From Hyaloraphidium curvatum SAG 235-1 (lineage: Eukaryota; Fungi; Monoblepharomycota), in NCBI GenBank assembly GCA_025558095.1, contig JAIVFI010000026.1:372001-436000 (forward strand): 64,000 nucleotides of DNA. The letters run 5' to 3'. Numbering within the stretch: the first letter of the stretch is position 1; every line of letters begins with the position of its first letter. A program made the translations under genes and the position numbers. A model generated the notes under the pieces. The model did no database searches. It was not told the DNA's origin and was given only the letters and a program-made list of their open reading frames with translations. Shown here in pieces: positions 29,579 through 40,012 of the stretch.

Positions 29579-32500
29579 ATGGCCGTCGACGAGCAAGGGC
29601 GGGCGCCGGAGCCGGAGCCGGAGCCCGAGCCGGAGCGGGAGCGGGAGCGGGAGCCGGAGCACATCTGGGCAGAGAACGTCCGTCGTGCCGCTGCCGAGCT
29701 GAACGACGGGACCGCGCCTCGGCCGACGGAGCTGCTGACGCTGCTGCAAAAGTATGCTTTGATCAAGCCCACGACATTCACCATGTTCGGCCCGCCTGGC
29801 CACACCGGCGCATTTGGCATTGCCGCGGACGACCGCATGGACCTCGCAACGTCGTACTACGTTGCTCGCTACCAGCGCTACCCGCCTCCTCGGCTGTACC
29901 TCAACGAAACGCTTCCCCGCGGCACGCCGATGAGACTCTACTTTGATGTGGACTTTCCCTCCGAGGCGACCCTCGACGCGTTCTTGACGGTGTCTGGACT
30001 CCCCGACGAAGCAGCCTTCCTGACCGCGCTTCTGGAAGCCACGGACAAGTGCATTGAGACCGGTGCCTTCTTCCCGCGCGACGAAGCCGAGGAGACGCGC
30101 ATGTTCTTTCGCCTCGTCTCCAAACGCCGCGGAAAGCGTGGAAAATACCACATTCACTACCCGCACGCGATCGTCGACGCTCCGTACGCCAAGTACTTGG
30201 CCCAGGACGCCGGGCGGCGGTTCATGGCGTCGCTGCCGGGGGGTGGGGCTGCGTACATGGGCCTCCCCGCGCCGGAGCCTACCGGGTCGCACGCTGGCGC
30301 CGAGGCGGAATCCCCGGCCGCTCCTGCGACGTGGGATGCGACGGCCAAACTGTTCGACACCGGAGTCTACACCAGCGGACTGCGCGTCCTGGGCAGCTGC
30401 AAGAGGGATGTGACGGACCAAGGATACGCGCTGCTTTCTGAGGACTTCCAAGAGATCGACCTGCCGTCGTTTGCCCAGTTCGAGGCCACGCTCGTCAGCG
30501 TCAACCGCGGCGACCCGTTGCAGGCACGCGTCGCCGAGGCTCTTGAAGCCGATTCGGGCGGCGTGGCCCCGGGTGGGGACAACTACGGTGAAGACACTTT
30601 CATCCAATACGACGGCACGGCCATCCGCCTGCGGAACACGGATGATTCGCGGGCGGAGCTGGCCTTGCGCGCGATCGACTATCTCCGACGCGAAAAGCGC
30701 AAGCCGGAGCATGCCTTTCACGCGCACGAAGGTGATTTCGTGCCGAGGCGCATCACAACCAAAAGCGCGGACGAGAAGAAGGTCGGCAAGAAAAGCCCGC
30801 CGCTCAAATCGGTAATCGTCGATCTGCACGATGTGTACTGCATCTACAAGGGCGGGAACCACAAGCGGGCACGCGAAGGTCGGGCGTGCGTCTACATCTG
30901 TTTCAGCGGCAGGAAGTGCAGCATCCGGTGCCTGGACGAGAGCTGCAAGACGAAAGCAGGCAGCAAATGGATCAGTGTGGCTGTCTGCGGGGTCAACATC
31001 TGGGACTTGGTGGGGCCTGCGACGCCCCCGCTCCCGGCCCCCATCGCCCCCCGACCTGCCCCCTCCGCGCGTCTCCTGATGGAAGAGAGCGACGCCGACA
31101 ATGAGGCCGACGAGGAGGCCGACGAGGATCACGCTGCTGGTGCGGGCGACGACGACGATCCCGTGCTGCCCCCCGCGGTCGATTTTGGTACTCCTGCGCC
31201 GGCGACGCCTCCAGCGGCTCCGGCCCGTGCCCGCGCGGGACCCGCCGCGCGCCCGCACTCTGCACCGCCCCCGCCTCCGGGGAACGCCGCCGAGGAGGGT
31301 GCGGGAGCGCTGCTGGTGATCGACAGCGCGGAAGGGACCGCTGTGGTGGACGCCGCGCGCTACGTCGTCCGGAAGGCGCTCTCGGACGCGGCCAGGAAGG
31401 CCAAAGCCAACGCCACCAAGCAGGCCCTCAACGACGCCGTCGCCCTGGTGACCCAGTCGGCGTTCTACGTCAAGAAGACCAAGGTCAACGGGAACGTCCT
31501 GTACACCATCCAGGACCAGCACGGCGCATGCGTGGAGATGCGCCAGCGGACGCAAACCCACGCGGTCGTGCGGCACACAAGGATCGCCGAGGTGGAGGTC
31601 GCACTGCGGTCGGCGGACGCCAGGGCCATCTGGGGAGGCGATTGGTCTGACGAGGTGCTGCTTCTTTCTACACGGGCCCAGCAGGAGGCCCTGCAGATGG
31701 TTTCGGACTACGCCAACTGCTCGCCCACCAAGGTGACCGTGGAACGGATGGATCTGGAGCCCGGATTCAAGGGGACCGTCGCCAAAGTCCACAACAAGGA
31801 GCAGTGTCCGTTTTGCGAAACGGAAACGCGGCGGGACTGGACTTCGACGGCCCCGGGGCTGCAGATGACATGCCCCGACTGCGGGAAAAGCATGTTCCGC
31901 AAGGCGATCCCGATCCCGGACACGTACCCTGCGCTCCGCATGTCGCTCACGCAGATCAACATCTCCAACCTCACGGTCATCAACCAGACCGTGGAGAGCG
32001 GACGGGCGCAAAGCGCCGAACAGATCGTGGGGCAATTCCTGGGAGACGGCATCACGATCGACCCGTCCAGGGGCGCAGAGTGGAACACACGTCTCCTGAA
32101 GGCCTGTGGCGGCACGCACGCAAGCGTCGCTGCGTTTTACGCCTGCAACAACGACCTGGAGAGCCCCGCCGGCTGCCCCTATGTCTACTCCATCGGAACC
32201 CAGAGATGGGCCAAGTTCAGCACGCGCTGGTACTACCGCACCGGCGTCAAGACGACCCCGTTCGCGTTGATCCGAGGACGGGATGCGCTGGAGCCGTTCT
32301 ACAAAGCCCTCGCCGCATACGACTCGGCAGACCCGGAAACCCGTAAGGCGCGCCAGGAGCAGATCAGGAGGGTGATGACCGACATGGAGGACGACCGGTT
32401 CCAAAAGGCGGTCGTTTCTCAGCTGGAGAAGGAGCTGGAGGTCACCCCGGAGGCGTTCGACGACTTACTGGACACAAACCCCGACATTCTGCAGTTTGAC

Positions 32501-33712
32501 GACGGCAGTTACGACCTGCGTACGGACACGTTCTTTCCTGGCGGTCGTCGGGAATGGTTCCAATCGAAATCTGTGGGATACGACTATGCCGAGGTCACTC
32601 GGGTGACGCCCGAGCAGGACAAGGAGGTCGAACGTATCGCCGCGGAGATTGTCCCCGACGACGAGCAGCGCCGGTACACGCAGAAGGCTCTCGGACTGTG
32701 CGTGTCCGGCCATCTCAACCACCGTGCACACTTTTGCATCGGATCGGGTGGTAACGGGAAAAGCATTCTTTTTGGTGGCACTGGGTCTGCTCTCGGGGAA
32801 TATGCGATCGTCATCGACGCTGCCATATTCACCGATCAACTCGCCAACTTGGAAGCGCCCTCCCCACAGCTCATGCGTATCAAGGGCACTCGTCTGGTCC
32901 TCATCACGGAATGGAACAAGAAAACATTGGAAGTGGCCCGCTTCAAGAACTACGTCGGCGGCGAGAAGATATCCGGCAGAAACCTCAACGGGAACCCGGT
33001 GGTCTTCAAGGTCATGGCAAAGTTCTTCGTCGCCTGCAACAACGAGATCCAATTCGAAGGGTCGGATGGCGGCGTCGTGCGCCGGTTTTGTCAGCTGAAC
33101 TTCCCCGTGCGTTTCGTGGACGAACTGGACCCGGTGGAGGAGGCGGCGGCGGTGAAGGGCGGGAAGAAGTACTTGCGACAGAGGGACCTCACCCTGGAGC
33201 GCCGATTTGAAGAGGAACTCCGGCCTGCCATGATGAAATGGCTCCTGGCGGGGTACCGCCTGTACAAGGCCGAGGGGTTGAACCCCCCCAAAGCCGTTGT
33301 GGAAGCTACGGCTCAGGGTTTGGATGCAAACAACTCCGTCTTGCGTTTCCTGGAGGGTACCTGCGAGATTGGCGTGGGCGGCTTCGTGGAGGGGGCAACG
33401 CTGCATGGTCTGTATGTGGCGAGGAGACGGGACAAGATGTCGCCTGTTGAGTTCGGCAGGCAGATGGGAGCACTCCGCAAGGAAGGACGTGCTTTGTATG
33501 GCAAGGTGACGTCGGAGAAGAAGGGGGGCAAGACGGTGTACGTCGGCCTTCGCTTGAAAGGACCGGAGGCGCGCCTGCAGGACGAGACGACTACCTCCAC
33601 GGGCGCCCGGCCCGCCGAGGCGGAGCGGGACGAAGCAGCCGCCCCTACCGGAACGGGCACTCAGGAAGTGGATGTTGCCAATGCAGTGGAGATGGAGGTA
33701 GACGCATTGTGA
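29579..33712 (+). CDS. AEP primase + D5-like SF3 helicase
   Basis: LYFDVDF, KYHIHYP, FDTGVY..GLRVLGSCK, Zn-binding Cys; LQFDDGSYDL; Walker A GSGGNGKS, LVLITE, VACNN, GVVRRF. Confidence 0.9.
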   Translation: MAVDEQGRAPEPEPEPEPEREREREPEHIWAENVRRAAAELNDGTAPRPTELLTLLQKYALIKPTTFTMFGPPGHTGAFGIAADDRMDLATSYYVARYQRYPPPRLYLNETLPRGTPMRLYFDVDFPSEATLDAFLTVSGLPDEAAFLTALLEATDKCIETGAFFPRDEAEETRMFFRLVSKRRGKRGKYHIHYPHAIVDAPYAKYLAQDAGRRFMASLPGGGAAYMGLPAPEPTGSHAGAEAESPAAPATWDATAKLFDTGVYTSGLRVLGSCKRDVTDQGYALLSEDFQEIDLPSFAQFEATLVSVNRGDPLQARVAEALEADSGGVAPGGDNYGEDTFIQYDGTAIRLRNTDDSRAELALRAIDYLRREKRKPEHAFHAHEGDFVPRRITTKSADEKKVGKKSPPLKSVIVDLHDVYCIYKGGNHKRAREGRACVYICFSGRKCSIRCLDESCKTKAGSKWISVAVCGVNIWDLVGPATPPLPAPIAPRPAPSARLLMEESDADNEADEEADEDHAAGAGDDDDPVLPPAVDFGTPAPATPPAAPARARAGPAARPHSAPPPPPGNAAEEGAGALLVIDSAEGTAVVDAARYVVRKALSDAARKAKANATKQALNDAVALVTQSAFYVKKTKVNGNVLYTIQDQHGACVEMRQRTQTHAVVRHTRIAEVEVALRSADARAIWGGDWSDEVLLLSTRAQQEALQMVSDYANCSPTKVTVERMDLEPGFKGTVAKVHNKEQCPFCETETRRDWTSTAPGLQMTCPDCGKSMFRKAIPIPDTYPALRMSLTQINISNLTVINQTVESGRAQSAEQIVGQFLGDGITIDPSRGAEWNTRLLKACGGTHASVAAFYACNNDLESPAGCPYVYSIGTQRWAKFSTRWYYRTGVKTTPFALIRGRDALEPFYKALAAYDSADPETRKARQEQIRRVMTDMEDDRFQKAVVSQLEKELEVTPEAFDDLLDTNPDILQFDDGSYDLRTDTFFPGGRREWFQSKSVGYDYAEVTRVTPEQDKEVERIAAEIVPDDEQRRYTQKALGLCVSGHLNHRAHFCIGSGGNGKSILFGGTGSALGEYAIVIDAAIFTDQLANLEAPSPQLMRIKGTRLVLITEWNKKTLEVARFKNYVGGEKISGRNLNGNPVVFKVMAKFFVACNNEIQFEGSDGGVVRRFCQLNFPVRFVDELDPVEEAAAVKGGKKYLRQRDLTLERRFEEELRPAMMKWLLAGYRLYKAEGLNPPKAVVEATAQGLDANNSVLRFLEGTCEIGVGGFVEGATLHGLYVARRRDKMSPVEFGRQMGALRKEGRALYGKVTSEKKGGKTVYVGLRLKGPEARLQDETTTSTGARPAEAERDEAAAPTGTGTQEVDVANAVEMEVDAL

Positions 33713-33762
33713 ACATTCAATACAGCACACCTGCGACACGTCATTGCAACCACTCTTGGTGG

Positions 33763-34512
33763 TCGCTCCACCGCCGCTCCGACCCCCTGGAAGATGCATA
33801 GCACCCCCGTGTGCATCTCTGGGCGGCGCACAGGCCCGATGGGAGGGCTGCCGGGCGAGCCACGGGCGGTTTTTCATCTTCCGGCATCTTCCAGCATCTC
33901 CCAACATCTCCCAGGCCTTCCACCCGCCTGCCCGACGCCCGCGCGGCCACCCAAACGCTTGCCCAGACTCGGGACCATCGTTTGGAGCAGCCGGGACGGG
34001 GCAGGGGCGTTTTGGCGCGTCGGGGCAGTGTCGGCGGAGCGCTGGAAGATGGATCCTGGAAGATGGCCCCGGCCCCCCCTCCCCGAACCCTCCTGCTCCG
34101 GCTAAACAATACTGTAGTCTGTTTTTGTGTAATGAGGAGCTTGCATGCAATTCTCAGTATAGAAAATTTACTAGATAGTGGTAGTGAGTCACGTGACCGG
34201 GCCATGGCCAGTGGGCTCCCTGTACAGCCGACCTGGGCCAAAAACATCTTCCATCTTCCCTGAAACCCTCCCACGCGCACATGCTCGCCCCACCGCCGCT
34301 CCGACCCCCTGGAAGATGCATAGCACGCCCGTGCGCATCTCTGGGCGGCGCGCTGGCCCGCTGGAAGCCCTGCCGGGCGAGCCACGGGCGGTTTTTCATC
34401 TTCCGGCATCTTCCAGCATCTCCCAACATCTCCCAGGCCTTCCACCCGCCTGCCCGACGCCCGCCCGGCCGCCAAAACGCTTGCCCAGACTCGGGACCAT
34501 CGTTTGGAGCAG
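33763..34512. repeat. Origin-like block 2: ~228-bp direct repeats with 10-bp iterons around an AT-rich core
   Basis: 33763-33990 is nearly identical to 34285-34512; each holds four CATCTYCCRR units. Inverted CTGGAAGATG copies at 33787, 34042, 34056 and 34309. AT-rich core ~34102-34175. Confidence 0.75.
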
Positions 34513-34572
34513 GGGCAGCGCCCGTGGAGTTCGATGATCTTCTCAGCTCGGGGCGCGGGTCGGCGTACATCT

Positions 34573-34830
34573 TCACCAGATGGGTTCCCAGTCGCACTCG
34601 TCGCAGTCGACCCCAGTCTTTGCAAGCCACTTTCGGGCACCGTCGTCAATGTTTGAAAGGGCATTAGCCTGACAGTCCGTGGGACCCCTGCCGCGTCCTT
34701 CAATCGTCGAGATGATGCCTTCTGCGGTTTGCAGAGCACCTTCTGCGAAGGTGTACGCTTTCTTGGGCAGCCTGAATTGCCAGTAGAGTTTGATGATCTT
34801 CTTCAGCTTGGGGCGTGGGTCGGTGTACAT
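34573..34830 (-). CDS. Small hypothetical protein (85 aa, CDEC)
   Basis: MYTDPRPKLKK...; its first ~50 nt are duplicated at ~34527-34575. Confidence 0.4.
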   Translation of the reverse strand: MYTDPRPKLKKIIKLYWQFRLPKKAYTFAEGALQTAEGIISTIEGRGRGPTDCQANALSNIDDGARKWLAKTGVDCDECDWEPIW

Positions 34831-34851
34831 CTTCGCCCGATGTTCGGCTAA

Positions 34852-35168
34852 GCGGGAGTGGTTGAGCGGCGAACGGCGGCGCCGAGTCGGTGGCGGCAGT
34901 GGCGACAACAGGCGCGGCGGCGGTGGCGGTGACGACAGCTTCAGTAAGGCGCTTCCGAGGCGACGGAGACCGGTCGACGTCCTTCGGCGCGGGCGAAACG
35001 CGCGTTCGCGCGGGAGGGGTTGAGCGGCGAACGGCGGCGCCGAGTCGGTGGCGGCAGTGGCGACAACAGGCGCGGCGGCGGTGGCGGTGACGACAGCTTC
35101 AGTAAGGCGCTTCCGAGGCGACGGAGACCGGTCGACGTCCTTCGGCGCGGGCGAAACGCGCGTTCGCG
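34852..35168. repeat. 158-bp tandem duplication
   Basis: Two near-identical consecutive copies starting at 34852 and 35010. Confidence 0.9.
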
Positions 35169-35418
35169 CATGCGCGAACGCGCGCTCCATCGGGGGGTGG
35201 CTGAAAATCCCCCGGTCGACCGGGGCCTGGGTCGCGCTATGCGCACCAAGTGCGCGCACCGCTATACGCACCAAGTGCGCGCACCTCAAGTTTCGCCCCG
35301 GCGCGCGCCTTCCCGGGCGGTTGTGAAGCGAGCATTGTCCGTGCGAGTCCAACTTCCGCTCCTCGCCCGCTCCGCTGCCGTGCGCTAATAGACTGGCCCG
35401 TCGCCCAACAGCGAAACG

Positions 35419-35886
35419 ATGTCGACGACCCAGATCTCGGAAAGACTGGCCCTCGACCTCATGGGTATCATAGCGCGGGGTCAGGTTCCCGTCCTCGTCT
35501 TCGTGGGCCCACCGCCGCTGTCAGAGCCGACGGACATTGCCGTGCTACCTGCCGCCGACTATGCCGCCGCTGCGGCGCTGAAGGACGCGACGCCGTTCGC
35601 GGAGATGGTCATCGACACTTTCCAACTCAAGAAGACCACCACCAAGGCGACTTGCGAGAAGGCCGGCTGCAAGAAGAAAGGCGTTCGCAAGCTGGTCTGG
35701 CTGACGAGCCTGCAACCACGCACCCACCAGTTCGACACCAACCTGCCTTTCATCATCGTCTCCCCCTTCCACGCCTGCTGGAAGCACATGACGGAGCTGA
35801 ACGACGTGGCGGTGATGGGCATGAAGTCGGCATTGGGAGGGGATCCGGACAAGCACACCTTCACGACGGTGGCATACCACGGATGA
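35419..35886 (+). CDS. Hypothetical protein
   Basis: ATG ORF with strong GC3 bias and a CEKAGC...CWKH possible Zn site. Confidence 0.6.
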   Translation: MSTTQISERLALDLMGIIARGQVPVLVFVGPPPLSEPTDIAVLPAADYAAAAALKDATPFAEMVIDTFQLKKTTTKATCEKAGCKKKGVRKLVWLTSLQPRTHQFDTNLPFIIVSPFHACWKHMTELNDVAVMGMKSALGGDPDKHTFTTVAYHG

Positions 35887-36154
35887 ATGTGTACACCTGA
35901 CGGCGAAATTCATTCGCATCCGCGACTTCACCGTCAAACGGATGTGAGAACTCGGGGGCTGCAGCGACGGCAGGCGAGAACGGGGCGCCGAACCGCTTCA
36001 TCCACAAACGCCCGACAGACCGCAGCCACTCTTTTCGCTTGCGCCTCACATGCGCGCGTCACACCAGTGCGCCCCCTGCCCCCCCCCCTGCTCCACACAC
36101 CTCCGCAACCCCCGCACATCGCGTGACGACCGCTTGGGCACTTTGCCCCTCGCC

Positions 36155-36267
36155 TCCTGCGCCGTTATGCGCGCGCCTGCGCCTTGCCTCGCATCCTGCG
36201 CCGTTATGCGCGCGCCTGCGCCTTGCCTCGCATCCTGCGCCGTTATGCGCGCGCCTGCGCCTTGCCC
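36155..36267. repeat. 39-bp minisatellite, ~3 copies
   Basis: CCTGCGCCGTTATGCGCGCGCCTGCGCCTTGCCTCGCAT repeated. Confidence 0.85.
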
Positions 36268-36646
36268 CGACACGGCGCCGTTGTACGCCTCCAGCTCTTT
36301 GCCCGCCACCTGCACCTTGCCCGCCACCCGCTCCCCACCCCGCCTGCAGCGCCCGCAAGCGCCCGTCCTTGCGTCACCCGCCCGGCGCCGGGCGTGGGTC
36401 GCCCCGATCGACCGCAACTCCCGCAAAACCGGCGTCGGCCGCCCTCCCGGCCGCATTTGCCCGCTCCACCGGACGGGATCAGGACCGGGTAGCGCAGACG
36501 GCACCCAGGTCGCTTCGGGGAGGTCCCAGAGTGCGCGGTCGGCGGTGGGGCTGCGAAGCAGGGGGGCCGCTGGGAGTGCTGCTGCTGCGTGCGACCCCAG
36601 CCGTCCGTTCCGTTTTTCTCTAGAGTCATTGACAAAGGATTCTCCG

Positions 36647-36838
36647 ATGCCATACCACAAGAAGACTGCTACGGAGTGCTTTGTTGCGATCGAAGCGGAT
36701 CATATGCCCACTTCGACGTCGTTCACACTCCCCGTTTCGGCTGCCGCGCCCGCAAACCCCGTGGCGGGACAGGTCTATTGGAACACCACGATGGGGCGGT
36801 TGTGCATCTGGAATGGCAGCACGTGGACCGCACTCTGA
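36647..36838 (+). CDS. Small protein with a virion-fibre-like motif
   Basis: APANPVAGQVYWNTTMGRLCIWNGSTW, a motif typical of phage/virus tail-fibre and decoration proteins. Confidence 0.55.
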   Translation: MPYHKKTATECFVAIEADHMPTSTSFTLPVSAAAPANPVAGQVYWNTTMGRLCIWNGSTWTAL

Positions 36839-36929
36839 TCTGAATTCATGCTTCGAATTCGTGTGTTTGGAAGCAGTTTGCAATCGAAAACTCTCTGCAG
36901 TCGCCGTCCCCGCTCCGCTCCTCGGCCAG

Positions 36930-37535
36930 TCACCCGACAGTGACCTGGGTCACGCGCCCTGCTCCGTCCACCCACGCCGTAGCGCGGTCATCACGACTCT
37001 CCATCGTCATCGGCTGCCCGTCAGCAATGCGGACCCACATCCCCAGCTCGGCAAACTTTGCCTTCACTTCGTCAACATGCAGTTTTCGCCTCTCGACGTC
37101 GCTTGCGAGGAGCGTCGCTTGCGCGTGCCGGCGCTGGAGGAACTCCGCGGACGGACCCGGCGGTAACGGAGGCGAGTCCCCGAGGTCCATGGGAGCCCCG
37201 ACCGCCACCAAGTTTGGGTCGTCTTCGTCGGTGGGGAACGGACCTTCAAAGTTTGGTGGCGCCCAGCGAGCCGGAACCCCCGGGGTCAAGCTCCATTCAG
37301 CAGTCCCGAAAACAAAGGAGGTCGGGAGTACGGGATCTCCGATGGGCGCCTGCCGGGACACAGAAGCCGAGAAGGCGGAATTTGCCGTCATCTGGTACAG
37401 AGGGGGAGTCGCCGGACGAGGTCGCTCCTCTGTCTTAGCGTTGTGGCGCGGGGCAAACACCACAACCAGCACGATCATCGCCGCGACCAGGAGCGCGCCC
37501 CCGACGATGACGAAGAGCGGAATCCGGCTTGCCAT
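36930..37535 (-). CDS. Membrane-anchored protein with C-terminal peptidase inhibitor I78-like domain
   Basis: N-terminal TM helix; C-terminal VRIADGQPMTMESRDDRATAWVDGAGRVTQVTVG. Confidence 0.65.
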   Translation of the reverse strand: MASRIPLFVIVGGALLVAAMIVLVVVFAPRHNAKTEERPRPATPPLYQMTANSAFSASVSRQAPIGDPVLPTSFVFGTAEWSLTPGVPARWAPPNFEGPFPTDEDDPNLVAVGAPMDLGDSPPLPPGPSAEFLQRRHAQATLLASDVERRKLHVDEVKAKFAELGMWVRIADGQPMTMESRDDRATAWVDGAGRVTQVTVG

Positions 37536-38075
37536 CGTGGGTGCGTGCGAGCGTTGCAAGAAAACAACGCCCATCCGACGAGCATCACGACCCCGGCCAC
37601 TCCGACTCCGTCGGCACCCCGGCCCACCGGTGACGACCCCGGTCTCCGGAAGCGGCGCCTTGCTCCCTGTCCCCACTTTCGCGGCGTCCTGCGTGGACCC
37701 CGCCTTTCGCGCCTGCAGCGCCCCCGGCGCCTCCGCCGCCTGTCGCGCTCAACCCCGGGCCCGCCACACACGCCAAACTGGGACGACGGCCTTGCACGCG
37801 GGCTCACGGTCGCGCGGAGAGGTTGCATGTGTCTCAAGCGCCCGACACCGCAGCGGCGCGGCGCTGGGCGACTGGTGGCGGCCAGGACGCTGTCGGGGAG
37901 GTCACCGGAAGTGCGGGGGCGGCGGGGGTTTGCGGAGCAGGGAGTGCTGGGGTCGCACGGAGGTGACGCCTCCCGTGGGTGCACGCCGCGCGGCGATCGG
38001 CGCCCGCCGCCAGGGTGCGCCGCCGCGGGCCTCTACCGATGAGTTGACCAAACATTTTCGCGTGCCCCTCCCAGC

Positions 38076-39290
38076 ATGACGGCTCCGCTCCAGCTGCTAC
38101 CAAGAGAAATCGTCGCGGCGATCGCCGCCAGATCCGTTGACAGCTGCCTCGAATGCATGCGAACCCAGGTGGAGGACCCGCCGTCCCGCGGACGGGACGG
38201 ACCGGCAAAGATCAAGCAAGTTTGCGCTGAAATGACCAATCAGCGAAAGGTGAGCACGCTTTTCAAGGACACGATCGACAAACGCTGGAAGACACTAATG
38301 GCACTCCGCGATCTGGAAGGCACGTTTGTGTCCATTCTGCAAGATGAACGTCTCTTCCAGGACGCAATCCATTCGTGGTTTTTCTGGAATCTGTGGTTGC
38401 AAGTGCACCCGCAGCGCCCTGTCTTTTCGATCGGCAGGCTTTTTGCACGCCTCAGACACGCCCCGATCGCCCAGGTGGAAGCCGTGCTCACGGACCTCGT
38501 CACCCATGACGTGCGTGCGTTCCTACCCCGGAAGCCGGATCCCACCGTCGGGCCGCTGGTCGCTCGCCTTCTGTCGGATCCTCCGGCGCCCGACGTCCTG
38601 CGCCGCTTTCTCGGCTGGCTCTCGGACGCCCCTGTATTGCGCGGCCAAGTCCCCTTCACCAACCCCTCGGCCGTGCGCACCGCCGCCGACATCGTAGCCA
38701 TTTTGGAGTACCGCATCTTTGCCCCCAAGCAAGTGCTTGCCGCGGCCATGCGTGTGCCCACGCAGCTGGAGACGGGCACGCTGTCCCAGCTCTACAACGC
38801 CTTCTCCGGCGGCATTGATCTGCGGGGACTGCACCTGCCTGCCGAACACCTGATCGATCTTCTCGTCAACAGCCCGGGCTTTGTGCGCGACTTTCGTGGC
38901 AGCGCGCAGCTGCTCACGTGGTTGATCCTGGAGTTTGTCTTTGCCGACAATGGCGGCGAACATGAGACGGTGGCCGAGCTGCTGGAGGCGTTTCCGACGA
39001 CGGATTACCTGGACGCCGCACGAGTTCGCCCCGAAAAGGCCGCGGAGACCGTCCTGAGTGCCGTGTGGACCGCTGTTGACGAGCAGGAATTCTACGACTG
39101 GACGGCGCTTGAACGCCTTCCGCTGCTACGACGGCTGGCGGACGCCCTGCCGCCGACGCTCCTCGTCCCGGACGGATTGCTCTGGAAGCCGGGAAGACCG
39201 GACGTTTCCAGCGTCCTCACGCGCGTGTTTTTCGGCAACGCTTCAAAGCAGGTCCGATTGCAGAAGAAGTGGGCTGAAAGGGACCTCTGA
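38076..39290 (+). CDS. F-box-like helical protein, paralog A
   Basis: LQLLPREIVAAIA; colinear full-length similarity to 40142-41356. Confidence 0.75.
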   Translation: MTAPLQLLPREIVAAIAARSVDSCLECMRTQVEDPPSRGRDGPAKIKQVCAEMTNQRKVSTLFKDTIDKRWKTLMALRDLEGTFVSILQDERLFQDAIHSWFFWNLWLQVHPQRPVFSIGRLFARLRHAPIAQVEAVLTDLVTHDVRAFLPRKPDPTVGPLVARLLSDPPAPDVLRRFLGWLSDAPVLRGQVPFTNPSAVRTAADIVAILEYRIFAPKQVLAAAMRVPTQLETGTLSQLYNAFSGGIDLRGLHLPAEHLIDLLVNSPGFVRDFRGSAQLLTWLILEFVFADNGGEHETVAELLEAFPTTDYLDAARVRPEKAAETVLSAVWTAVDEQEFYDWTALERLPLLRRLADALPPTLLVPDGLLWKPGRPDVSSVLTRVFFGNASKQVRLQKKWAERDL

Positions 39291-39502
39291 TGCTCCCGAG
39301 GGTCTTAAGGCAAGGAGGCCAAACGCAAGCGTTTCCCTGAATGAGTGAGGACGCTGTCGGGGAGGTCACCGGGAGTGCGCGGTCGGCCGTGGGGGCTGCG
39401 AAGCAGGGGCACGCTGGGGTGGCACTGGGGTGACGCCTCCTGTGGTGCGCCGCGCGACTGGTGCTCCGTCAGCCGCCAAAGTGAGCGCACGGATCCGTGC
39501 AT

Positions 39503-40012
39503 TCAACGCTCACGTGTACACTTCTTTGCATGTGTCGCGCAGAAACGGCCCCCAGGGCGCGCGGCCTTGCTGCACCAACGGTGAGCGGTAGTCGCCCAGC
39601 ATGCGCATTTTGGCTGCGAAGGCGGACGGCGCACGGGCACCGGCGAGGGCGGGCGGCGCACGGGCGAGGGAGAACGGCGCACGGGCGAGGGAGAACGGTG
39701 CACCGGCGAGGGAGAACGGACCAGGCGGGCAGGGCCGCTTGCCCGTGCCTTGATCACCTTGCCCTCGCCCGCCAGCACCTGCGCGGCATCCATGTCGGCG
39801 CGGATGCCAACAAACGTGGGAAAGCGCGGGACGCCCTTTTCGCTGAGCTCCTGGTAGCGGAACGTCACGACGGTCTCGCCTTTCTTGAGTCGGTGGCCGT
39901 TGATGAGCGCCATAGGCACCTTGAGCCCCACCGTCGTGCCGTTGGCCAGCTGCAGAGTCACGGCTTGCTTCCCGAACTTGGTGCCGACGTACACTCCTTC
40001 CGCGTTCCGCAT
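39503..40012 (-). CDS. DNA-ligase OB-fold fragment + RSPSPV repeats + Cys/His motif
   Basis: GETVVTFRYQELSEKGVPRFPTFVGIRAD (ATP-dependent ligase C-terminus), four RSPSPV-type units, CACWATTAHRWCSKAARPGGRFCATH. No adenylation domain. Confidence 0.7.
   Translation of the reverse strand: MRNAEGVYVGTKFGKQAVTLQLANGTTVGLKVPMALINGHRLKKGETVVTFRYQELSEKGVPRFPTFVGIRADMDAAQVLAGEGKVIKARASGPARLVRSPSPVHRSPSPVRRSPSPVRRPPSPVPVRRPPSQPKCACWATTAHRWCSKAARPGGRFCATHAKKCTRER

Noticed and set aside
29498-32404. 968-aa antisense ORF (also 16905-18875, 32465-34150 and similar)
   Set aside because: Shadow ORFs opposite motif-bearing genes, expected from high GC3.
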